A DNA stretch of 64,000 nucleotides from Blasia pusilla. Taxonomy: Eukaryota. Below the pieces are notes generated by a model. That model ran no database searches. It saw only the letters and a program-made list of their open reading frames with translations, and had not been told where the DNA came from. The position numbers and the translations under genes were made by a program. Shown here in pieces: positions 38,627 through 50,351 of this stretch (its first letter is position 1; every line of letters begins with the position of its first letter). The stretch spans positions 8,742,001-8,806,000 of the forward strand of contig CM114271.1 of the NCBI GenBank assembly GCA_050084515.1, written 5' to 3'.

Positions 38627-41600
38627 ATGGATAATTATGTTAAGCTCACTTGTGGCAGTCATCTGGCGGCCCTTCCTCAATCAGAAATCATTCGACCCCA
38701 AGCTCGTGAGTCTTTCATAGCAGTGGATGAATTTTCTCTCTGTTCGATTTCTTCTCCAAATTGGAACCATCTTTGTATCCAAAGATGTTAGGGTGGACGG
38801 TACGGAAGACATAATAGGTGAGACGGTCCAGCCAGTGACCTCAGACCGTAAAGTATGGAATCTCCTACCTCTAGCAAATGGTCAATACAGAGTTTACGGC
38901 CTGCCCCTGAATTTTTTGTTTCCCAAGTAGACGGTCTAGAATTTCCTAGTGCTCCGAGCTCTACGTTTGCAACTCCAAGCTCTGCAGATCCGGCTTCGAC
39001 TCCAACTTCACATGCTCGTATCAATGTTGTTCTTCCTGAAGAGATTCCGGATGTTATCAATCTCAGTGGATCTGTCGGACACCAACCGAGCCCTCTGTCC
39101 GCCTACTCGTTCCTTTTGCGAGTATCAGGCAATAGTTTGCTTTCGTCTCTGGCCTTGAAAATGTTCAAGCACATTCTTGTCGACGAGCTTCCGCCCACGT
39201 ATGATGGTAATTGCATTTTTGAGTTGCCTCCACTTGCTGCTCCTGCTCAAAAGAAAGATGGAGGACGCCTGAAGGGTATGGACAGAAAGTCTGATTGTCA
39301 TCGATGGTGCAGGCTTCAAGGGACTAGTGCTTCAATTCCACATGGTCCTTGGATTGTCTCTCGCCGCCAATGCGTCGGAGCCTTGGAGTGTAGAAGTCGA
39401 GCATGCCCGTATCTAGAGCGCAACGGGCGAGTCAATACGTCGCAATTCCCCCCCAAGAATGGAGAAACTCCATACGAGGTTGGTGCCACCATACCGCTGG
39501 GAGGCCATCGATGTCCTCATTGTCAGGCATCGCCCTTCTACGTTGGAGCGTGTCCTGCATACATATTTTTCATTGTCCACGACTTGGGCTCCACGTCAGA
39601 GTACACAAGGCTGGAAGTTCATGTTGGCTCCCACACTCATCTTGTGACCAATGCAATTCAAAGACACACCAAGGAGGATGTGGCGAAGAAAGTTTCCGAG
39701 GTCTACAGAAACTCTCCGGGTTCAAAGCCCGAAGTGATCAAGCTCACAAAGGCATCACAAATTTGTGAACAATTGCTTGGAATCCCTCGACAGGGCGAGA
39801 TGACGGCGGCTGAGAAGAAAAAACTCTGGGAAAATCTCGCATTTCTTGCTAATCCTGAATGCTTCTGGAATTTGTTGCGTCAAATACGAGTTCTGGATGG
39901 AAAGACGGCCGAAATGGATGCCATCGCCAGAATCAAGGCCAACTCCAGATTTCCATTCATTCAAAGATGGCAGTTCATGGGCCAAGGAGGTGAGGGATCC
40001 AAGGCCTATGTCTTCAAAATATCAACCATAGGTCTGTCGAGTGGCCTCGATCTTATAGATCGAATGAGGGAAGGGGAAGATCTTTACGGCAGCTGGGTAA
40101 GCTTTGATATTTGCTACAGAGTGCTGAACGGATGGTTGACGATGGGTGCTCACGTTTATGACCATGTGGAGAAGGGACTCAAAACTATATTTGTCTGTGA
40201 AGTAAAGGCAGAAGACGTTGGCAGTTTGAAGATGTGCTGGTTACTCTTATTGGAGGTGGTGAAGGAAAACAAAAGACCACCTCCGGAAATTTATGGGTTC
40301 ATGGCAGACAATGCACAACCTAGGTGGATTGCTATCCGGGAAGTGTTCTTGGGTGGAGAGGTTCAACCGGAGAGGGAAAGGTCGGATGCTTTCCATTGGC
40401 AACAGTCTGTGACCCGGTACACCAAATCTTGCATCAAGGAGAATAAGAGGACAGAGCATGTCACTCTACTCCAACGCTGCAAGGACAGAAAAACCTTGAA
40501 GTAGGCCATGGAATGCCAGGAAGAACTTCATGGGTGGTGGAGGAAGCATGCGATTGAAGGGAAGTACAAAGAGTTGTGCTCTTGGTTGAGTTGGTGGACT
40601 GTACGTATGAGACAATGGGGAAACTTCATGCGTCCGGTGAGTTCACTATTTTGTCTTGTCAAGCTCACGCTGAGAATTTTTTGTAAAGTTGTAGCTCAGG
40701 GTGAGAAGCGTGGGAACTATAGGGATTTCAAACCAAAGAAACCAAGCAAGCTGTCGGATGCGACGGGTTGCCCGAGTGTGCAACCCGACGGAAACCGACG
40801 GGTTGCATCCAGATGTTTGGTGCAACCCGAGTGTGCAACCCGTCGGGACCCGACGGGTGACGGAGTCGTTCATGGGATGCCTCGGCCTTGCAACCCGTCT
40901 GGTTCCGACGGGTTGCAGTAGGTGGGTTTAAGGTTACAACATGTCGGGACCCGACGGGTCATGGAGTCGTTCATGGGATGCCTCGAGCCTGCAACCCGTC
41001 TGGTTCCGACAGGTAGCTTATTTCTTTGACTCCTGAGTTATTTTTGTTCCCTTCTAACATTGCCGTCGTTGCAGGGATTGAACGTTCATGAAAATGCCCT
41101 CTGCCCCAACACAAGTGGAGCAGAAAGTGTTCATTCCTCCTGGAAGTCGTCACAAGCATGCCAAGGAATTTCACTTGTGGAGGCATGCCAACAAGACCAG
41201 GCAAGAGCAATGCTACAGTCTGCAGCATCCCATATCTTCCTCACAAAAGGCATAACAAAAGGAAAGGGGCCGTCAATCTACGAGCTCTATGTCACGGTGG
41301 CTATGAGATCTGGTGATGAAAAAATGTATATGGAAGCCTTCAACCGGTGCGTAGCTGGAACTCCCCTCGAGCAAGACGTACACATTGGTGGGGATATTTG
41401 TGGGCGGGTTTCAAGACGTCCCATACAGATGGTGGTAGAGCAGTCCGAGCGAGACTCGTGGAGGCCAGATAAGTATCTTGACTTCAGGCAGGTGAAGAGG
41501 CAGCATCGAGGAACGAATCCGGTGATTGATTTGGATGAGGAAATTACGCCGCCCAGGTATTCGGGGACCCCGGACCCGCCCCAGATCCGTGATTGAGTTA

Positions 41601-42406
41601 CTTCTCCAAAATCAGTGAATGTTTTATTTCAAAAGCCCTCCGTTGCTGGAAGTTTGCAACATCCTGTCATTGGGGTGGTTCAACAATATGGGATTCCGGT
41701 AATGGAGGTGGATTGCAACCTAAAACGGTGGCATATATCTCGGAGCAACCCAGGACGTGGACCCACCTGCAGGGCAGGATCTGATGGCATTAGGAGAGCA
41801 TGCGGCACTTTCCTAAATTTGGCCCATCGCCGCAGGTACGAACTGCACTCAAGACGAAGTGGACAATCTTACAAGTGCCGGTTTCAGACTCGTCGACGAG
41901 GGAAGTTTGGAGCATGTTCGTATTAGAGAGACCTTCGCATTTCGTATTCAACCCAAGATTGATGTCAACATGTACCCGGAGAAGGTGGATGATCTCAATC
42001 CATTATTTCTGTTTGAGTCTAGAAATGGGGTGAAGAGAAACAGAATGTGTAGGCCAACAGTGGAGAGAGCAAAGCGAATTGCATCAGCTCGGGAGGCAAA
42101 AATGGAGATCATCGCCATGAAAGATTTCTTGAGTGGCAATGGAATAGGAAGGATGTATTGGTTCAGGAACAACACTGTAAATTCAAGTGTCACAGGGGTG
42201 TATGTGGTGCACATCTGTTGCTTTCCCACATGTTCATGTGATGACTTTGTCCAAAGAGAGACAAGTGGCAAAAGGTATTTCCCTTGTAAGCACATGTAGT
42301 ATGTGTTGCTGGTAGTTTTAAGAGAGTCGGAGGTAGGAGTATAGGAATCCACCAACCAATTCTGTCCCTCAAAGAAGTGCGAAGTATTTTAAACAAACCA
42401 CTTTGA
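38627..42406 (+). pseudogene. Copy 2 MULE-type transposase (Cys/His Zn-binding N-terminal region, DDE core, C-terminal SWIM), with one intron at 40637-41074
   Basis: CVGALECRSRACPY...CPHC...C...HVGSHTH; WVSFDICY (D1); FMADNAQP.WIAIREVF...AFHWQQ (D2 and H); after the phase-0 GT..AG intron, PNTSGAESVHSSWK (E); SWIM CSCDDF...PCKHM; stops and a ~170-bp deletion at ~41817. Confidence 0.9.
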
Positions 42407-44034
42407 GGATGCAAAATGAGGTTTTAGATTGTACTTTTATTTTTCCTGAACCTTCACTTTGAGCTTGAACTCTATTCAGCCCGGGGCAAATGATAGATTT
42501 TTTCCAGACCTTGGATGGAAAAAGTGATTGGTTCCACACTTATGATTCCACTGATTTTTCAGTTTTCTAAATTTTGTGCAATTTGCAACTGGTCGGACTC
42601 AGAGGGGTTGCCAAAATATGGAAGAGGAAAAAAAAATTGTGGGACTGCTTAATATATGAACAAAAAAGTGCAAAAAAATTCAAACAAAAAGTTTCCTCTC
42701 TTCAACCCAACGGAAACTCTCTTAAAAAAAAAGTATCGATTTCGGTTGAGGTAGTTTCCTCTGGGGGCTGGTATTCTGGTAGGAGAGAGTAAGAGAGGAG
42801 AGTCTCTCTTCAAAAAAAAGGGCCAAATCCGCCTCCTCTCTTCAAAACTTTTTGACATATTTGAAATTTTTGTTTGCTTTCAAATTCAGGAAATCTTTAG
42901 AAAAGAGTAGGTAGTGGTCCACATTTGGCCCTAAAAAAACCTCCTCTTTCCTGGGGGCGAGAAAAAAGGAGACATCATAAGACCACCCTAAACATTTTTC
43001 CATCACTGTCCATGTGAGCCTAAGTTTCTTAACATTCCTCAGATCGGTCAACAAAAGCAATGCCCTAGGTATTTTTGTTGGAGGACCACCCGGATGGGTA
43101 CCTCTCTTTTTGCAGGGATTGTTGCCTGCATCATGGCCTCCCCTAAATTGCTCCATAACCAACTTTCTGTCGGTTATGAATGGTGTCTGCTCAAGACCAA
43201 ATTTCTGAAATGTGAAAAAATCAGATCCTAAGGCTCAGAAACCGAGAAGCTGCACCCCTCCCAACCCATAAGAAAGCTCACCATAAGAAACGAAAGATTT
43301 TTAGAAGTGATTTTCTTCCACCCTGCACCCACGATGATCTAACGGGTTGGGAATCCAAAATGGCAATCCGACAGGTAGTAGGAATCTTGCACATCTTAGA
43401 CAAGAAAAGAAGCCTACAACTGGTTGGACAAATGAAGGGGAACGAGCCAAAAGTCAAGAAGCCCGCCACAATGCCTCAGAAGTTGGTCTCACCGGGATAG
43501 AGTCCGATCACTCAAGTAGTCAACCTGTCGGAATCCGAGAGGTTGCCTGGGAATCCAACACGTCTGAGAGAAGAAAAGAAACCTACGCCTGCCTTTACAA
43601 GTTGAGGGGAAGGTGCCAAGGGAAGAAGCCCGCCAGACTGCCTGATCCAAAAGGGTCCGATCAGGCAACCTGTCGAAATCAGACAGGTTTCCTGGAGGTG
43701 GTAAAAAGGGTCCAGTGGTCAAAAAGCGAAAAGTTGCAAGGAGGAGAAATCCGACGGGTTGCAGTGGTCATAAAGTGAAAATTGCAAGCAGGAGAAATCC
43801 GACGGGTTGCAAAGTAGAAGACCGTGGAGTACATAGACGATCACATTCGAAAAGAAAAAATGATCAGCAAACATTTACAATCACCACCATCGATCGAAAA
43901 AATCTTCTGCTTTATATCATCCGAAAAAAGCTCGGAATCAGACATTTGATCTATTCTATGAAATCTTTTGCCAAATTATCAAAAACTCCCTACTCCAAAC
44001 GCTGCAGTCAAGCTGGTCGTTGAGTTCTTTGAAC

Positions 44035-47000
44035 TCACTCGTCATCGTCCGAGAGCTCTTGCAAAATCACTTTCGGCCTTGCCCTCCCGATTTTGGGAAT
44101 CGTTGGAAGTGACGATGTAGTCACTACCAAGGGTGGCTCTGGAACCATAGCTCTCGGCTTCGGTGGAGAGTTGTACGCCCCAACGAGCCTTTCAGATTCG
44201 CCTTTGCCTCCTTGCAAAGGTCAAGCGATTCTCGCCTTCCTCGAGGCGTAGAATGTTCTCGCCACTCGCCAGCGCCTCGATACTCGCCCCTGAAAGGCCC
44301 ACTAAGTCGAACACCAAGTCACCCGGCCTTGAGCAGAGCTCGATGAGCGTTGCATCGTGGTGGCGACTTTTCCTTCATCCCGAAGGGGTCTTGTCTTGCA
44401 TGTAAATTCCGGGGAAATTGTACAAACTATCTAAGTGTACCCATCGAGCATGGATCCACAGGATCATGGATCTTGAACACGGAAATTGTGCTCGGGCGAA
44501 CGAAGCAAAGACACGAGGAGTGGTCCATCGAAAATCAAGCACGAAACAATGTCAAAAACTAAAGAAGTCGCTTGAGAAGATTTTCAATAATCGACTTTGG
44601 ATCAACTTGTCTTGAGTCCGACGGGTTGTTTTGTCCGGACCAACCGCCGGAACCCGGACGGGTTTGCGGTTGCTTTTGGGTTTTCCAAGTTGATTTTGGT
44701 TTTGGATGCAACCCGTCGGAAGGCGACGGGTTGTCGCCTAGACCAGCCCATGCTCTTTGAGAGCAACCCGTCGCTATTAGACGGGTTGCATCCAAAAACC
44801 AAAATCAACTGCAACCCGTCGGGTTCCGACGGGTTGCAGGTACACCGCGGTTTTCCCTGTGTATGTGGGAAAGATGCAACCCGTCGGAAACCGACGGGTT
44901 GCTCTCAGCCGAGCATGGGCTGCTCTAAGCCAGCAACCCGTCGCCTTCCGACGGGTTGCTCACGGACAAAAAAAACCCAGATTGACTCATTCTACACATC
45001 ATTATAAGATAATTGAAATTATTGTACAGGAATTGAGCCTTACCCGAATCTGACTCGTCGCGGATCGGAGTGGGTACTCATTTTTTATGATCCACGATTG
45101 TGCCGTCCTCCACTTTAGCGACCTCTTGATGCACTGGAGGTTGAAGAGCTCGCCCTCGCTCCCTCCGATCCAACACCAAGAAGCGACCCTGTCACTCGGA
45201 TAGGCGTCGCAAAAGGAGAACAAAAGTGCACCTGGTCATAAGTGAGCGGCGATTCCACTCGGTACCTCGTCCCTCGGATTTTCGCCCAAAGTCGCAACCC
45301 GAGGGCAGATCGGCGATCAAGAGATCCACCGCAACCTCTTCCACCACTCCATTCACCGTCCGGCAGCGTGCGTTTCGTTGAGCTTCCGCCCCAGCGTTGT
45401 CAAATTTTCGGCGGCGTTGTCGACGCTTGAGAATCAAGTCGTTTAGCTCATCCAGTAAAGAGGTGAACTGAAGGAGGACGCTTGTCCGGGTCGTTGTTTG
45501 TCAGTGTCTTCCCAAGGATGATGGGTTGTATTCTCCTTGGGACAACCCCGGCACCTCTCGGTTCCGCTTCTCCCTAGTCTGGGGACGGCTTGTCGGGGTT
45601 TCTATGACCTCGGATTCTGGTGGCGTTTTCTTCACCGAGGACCTGGTCCGACCCTCTCTTCCTGCTGGGACGATTCCGCCTCTGGCCTCTCATCTTCAGG
45701 CTCTCTTTGGGAAGTCTCGGCCTCTGAATTTTTCCCTCCCCTCGCCTTGCCTTTGAGACCTGCTGTGGATTTGTCTTTGGCTGTCCGGACCTTGGAAGCC
45801 AACTCAGCTGTGTCGTGGGCTTGCTCTTCTGCATCTCCTCCGAAGAAGTCTTCAGGTTGGACGAAATTGGGGATGTCGTCTTGTCCTGAGGCCACTGCAT
45901 CATGAAGCACTCGTAAGTCCTTATCCGTGATGTCTTCAGGGTCGTTGAAGTCGAGCCAAATGGGGCAATTCTCCACCTCCCAATCTGACATGTGCTGACC
46001 CATCTCCACGTGGTACATGGAGAATGTCTCTGCATCCGGCGGCGAAGCCCACAATTTCAAGGCTGCCGGTAATTTTCCCCACGTACCTGTGTTCTTACAC
46101 TCAACGAGGTACCTGAATACCATCCGTTGGGTAGCTTTTAGTCGAACATTATCGGCCGTCTACTCATGTAGATCTCGCTTCTTCTTCGCTTGATCCCGTT
46201 TGTTACCCTCTACTTCTTCGTCAAGCTCTGCCTGAGGGAGGACGCAAACCTTGAACATGGTCTTGAATCCAGGGTTCTTGGTTGGCTTGTCCCGGATGTC
46301 GTCGAGCCAAACCTCGTAGTCTCCAGAACTTTCAAGGTTTGCTTCCGGCGGAATGGGCTATAATCTTCTGAGCTCCATTTGCGCACCGCCCAAAGATGGA
46401 CTTCCCGATTACCAACGCGCCCCGTAACGACCATTCGCGTAGCCAATGCGCAAGATCATCGGATCGGACACACCCGGAGGATGGTGTGTCGCCCTCTTCG
46501 GGCCTCGAGCCCTCGAGATCGATTTTCATCGTCGTATCCTCCTGAACTCGCTAATCCCGGATAACGCAAAACGATGCACGCGATCCGACACTTTCTCCCC
46601 AATCCGAGCATGCGGATCTTCATCCCTCTTCCGCCGACGCTTGATAATCGCCTTTGAGCTCCTTGTAGAACTCCGGACCAAGTTCGGGGTTGAGAATCTT
46701 GATGTATCGCTGCATCTTGCTCGCCGTGTATTTCGTTGCGGGAGATACAACAACTTGGATGAATTTGGCGCCGCCTGACGCAGATACCTTCTCCCTCCGC
46801 TCGGCTCAGCCCCAGCGGCGCTTTTCTTCGGCTTTGTATCTTCGACCAGCAAAGGATGGTTACGGCTGCATCTTGAGAAATAAACTTGTTTGCCCAAGTT
46901 TTCTTCTTAATCTGAGCACCCTTTGCAAGCATCTGATTGACAAGGGCATCGCCCAAGAACCCCCTGTACTCTCCCGGGTGCGTCGTAAGCACCTTCCTCA

Positions 47001-49186
47001 CCCGATCGCAGTCCTGGATCCAATGGTGGGTGACATTCCCTTCCGATACAATCTTGCACATCCAAACTCAACACGTCAGGAAATAACATGGGTTCCTGCA
47101 ACCTGTCAGACTCCGACGGGTCGTCACAGCTCAGGGTTGGATTCTAGCAACAAGCTAAATGATGCAACCCGTCGGAGTTCAACGGTTTGCATTCAGATTT
47201 GCTAATGCCGGATAAGCAACTCGTCGGACTCCGACGGGTTGCTGGACTGCACGCTTTTTCGGATGTTTTGTTAAGATTGCAACTCGTCGGACTCCGACGA
47301 CTTGTTTGATTGAACATAGATTTAACTAGTTTTTGGCCCAAAGCAAACCGTCGGAGTCCGACGGGTTGCTCGATAGGCCGCCTTGTGAGGTTGTTTTTTT
47401 AAGGGTTGCTTGCCCTCGAAGTCCGACGGGTTGCTTGCCTCGAAGCTATTTTTCCCCATATCAACCCGTCGGAGTCCGACGGGTTGATTTCGGCCAAAAA
47501 CTGTTTCGAGGCAAGCAACCCGTCGGACTCCGACGGGTTGCTTTGGGGCAAAAACCTTCTAAACCTGCAGTCACTCGAGCAACTTGTCGGACTCAGACGA
47601 GTTGCATTCTTAAAAAAAAACCTCACAAGGCGGCCTATCGAGTAACCCGTCGGACTCCGACGGTTTGCTTTGGGCCAAAAACTAGTTAAATCTATGTTCA
47701 ATCAAACAAGTCTTCAGAGTCCGACGAGTTGCACTCTTCAAAAAACATCCTCACAAAGCGAAACTTTGTCGAGCAACCCGTCGGACTCACGGTTTGCTTT
47801 GGGCCAAAAACTAGTTAAATCTATGTTCCATCAAACAAGTCGTCGGAGTCCGACGAGCTGCAATCTTAAAAAAACATCCGGAAAAGCGTGCAGTCTAGCA
47901 ACCCGTCGGAGTCCGACGAGTTGCTTTCTGCCTAAACAAACCTAACCCATTCATCAATCGAGCAACTCGTCGGAGTCCGACGAGTTGCGAAAGTGTTAAA
48001 GATACTCACGTGTTCATGGCATGCATTGCCATCTCCACCGCCGCCATGTGATGAGGGTATGGGTGAAGGACCACCGCCTTCGCACGTAAATGTGCCTCCA
48101 ATGAGTTGGGGCGCTCCTCCGCAAACTTGGTCCACGCCATGAACCGTGATTTCCATCCCGGATGAAGAAATGCGATTCCTCATCCGGCTGAATTCCGTGC
48201 CCTCAACTTGCCTTCTCAAGTCCTGGTCTCGCATCCTCCGAATGTGTCGAGATTTTCCAAGTCCTCCTCGGTAACTGAGCTTGGGTTCCATGCTCGTCGT
48301 AAAGGTGAACATAGAAGGGAGGAAAGCTGTCCCACGAGGATGTATCGCCGCCGATTGTTTTAGCTTTGCGATGTCCTCGCTTGATCAGATTTCGCGGGAC
48401 GTATTCCATTGTCCTTAATCGGCAGAGTGGAATCCTCGGGCGTTGTGGCCTCCATGAGTGCCATCCGCTTTACCACCTATCGAACCGGGACAAGAGGAAT
48501 AAGCTACACCGAAATCCCAATGAATTGCAATTCACATAATTAAAAACCAGAACCTCTCTTACCATTTCGAAAATGGAGTCGGTTTCTTGACCACTAACTT
48601 GCGAGACAGGGTGGCAAATCGACCGGGAACTCGTCGATCCGATAGAGGTCGATGTCCTCCGCCGGGCTTGAGTCAAGAATGACCGCTCTCCGGCTTCTTC
48701 GCCATGTCCACCATCTCCACGTTGGCGGTCCTCATGACCTCGCTGCGTCATCGATTTGAACGGTGTTGTTTCCACTATGTTGATTGTGTCCCCGGACTTC
48801 GTGGGGGACATTTCCCTCATCTCAAAACTTGCGGTTGGATGGGCTGGGCTATCATCAATGGCTATCGCTTTTTCCGGCCTCGCTTTAGCCAATTCTGCCC
48901 TCCTCACCGATGCGTCCAGACGCTTCTTTTCTCTCTTTTCGTCGGCGATCCTTTTCTTCAAGGCCTGCGACGTCTCGGCCTCTTCGTTCTGTTTATCTAG
49001 CGCCGCTTGAACGCGTCTCGCCAGAAGCACTTGGTTGTGCATCTCCGCTTCCCTTTCCCGCTCCTCGATTTCCTGCTGCCTAATTTCATTCGCCGAACGA
49101 GGCCCATGAGAAGCTCACGCAGGAGTCCTAATGGACTTGGGAGTGAAGCTCCCAGACTTGTTGGCTTGCGTTTTTTTCCTCGTCAT
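44035..49186 (-). pseudogene. Copy 3 of the ParB-like / methyltransferase-like gene, with many small indels
   Basis: Colinear with copy 2; VDLLIADLPSG in ORF 45192-45437; MVFRYLVECKN...CPIWLDFNDPED in ORF 45632-46123. Confidence 0.75.
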
Positions 49187-50351
49187 TTTTGCCGGAAATG
49201 CCTCCACCTATGCCCACGACAAATCCCTTGATCAGTCGCCTTGCTGATGTCGAGATGGGAGCTCGTCTTGCCTTGATGGATAGCTCGAATCGTCCCGATA
49301 TCGCTCGGTCGAACCGTCTCGCTCTCGTTCCCTCCTATCGACTCGCGATGTGTCGCCGCGTGAAATGCCCCTTCAGATCGATCGGATCGCCATGCAAGGG
49401 AGAGTGAGGAGTGAGGAATGAAGATCGCGAAATGAGAAACCGGAAATGAGCGAGTTCTGCCCTATTTATACTTTTCTAGCCGTTGGGCTGACCGTTGGGT
49501 CCCGTCGACCTTTCGACGACGACGTGCCGAATGTTACGGAAGTCCGGACGTGAAAAATCGCAACCCGTCGGAGTCCGACAGGTTGCGCGGCTCCGCCATC
49601 CTGGTATCGCCGCCCGGTGCGCGCGAGCAACCCTTCGGAGACCGACAGGTTGAGCGCCTCCGTCGTCTTCGGAAAAGAACGCGAGGTACCCGCGCAACCC
49701 GTCGGAGACCGACATGTTGCGCGCCTCCGCCGTGTTTGGGATGGGAACGGGACGTATTTTGGGCAATCCGTCGGAGACTGTTAGGTTGCATGCTTCCCTC
49801 ATCAAGGGTTAGGAACGATGGCTTCCCGTGCAAGTTGTCGGAGTCTGGCGTCGCACCACAAGCGACGCGCTTGCGCAACCCGTTGGACGGCGACGGGTTG
49901 CACGCCTCGCCGTCTTTGGGCTAAAGGCGAGGGCAGGCACCCGCGAACTCGCCGGGAACAGACGGTTTGCACGCCTCCGGCATCTTCGAGCAAGAAGGAG
50001 CGGTATCGGCAAGAAGTCGCCGAGAGCGACGGGTTGCTCGCCGACAATGTTTAGCGAGCGTGCAACCCGTCCGATGCCGACAGGTTGCGTGCTTCGTAAG
50101 CTTCGGGTAATTTCGAGTTACCAGGACTCCGACGGGTTCCAAGTGATGCGCAACCCTCTGCTTCCCAAATCCGGTAACATATTGCAATAGCATTGAATGT
50201 GTTACAGAATTGGATCCATTGTGTCAGACATTCTCCCCCACCCAATTCATCTTGTCAGTAAACATCTGTCAGGAGTATCTATTTCCTATTCACTATAAAT
50301 TAAATATTCTCATTCTCATTCTCAGTCTCCTCCCGTAGGAATCTTCTTGGA

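Noticed and set aside
47100-47990. Many short ORFs rich in ATRR/NPS/QPVG peptides
   Set aside because: They are translations of the palindrome in six frames and lie in introns or spacers
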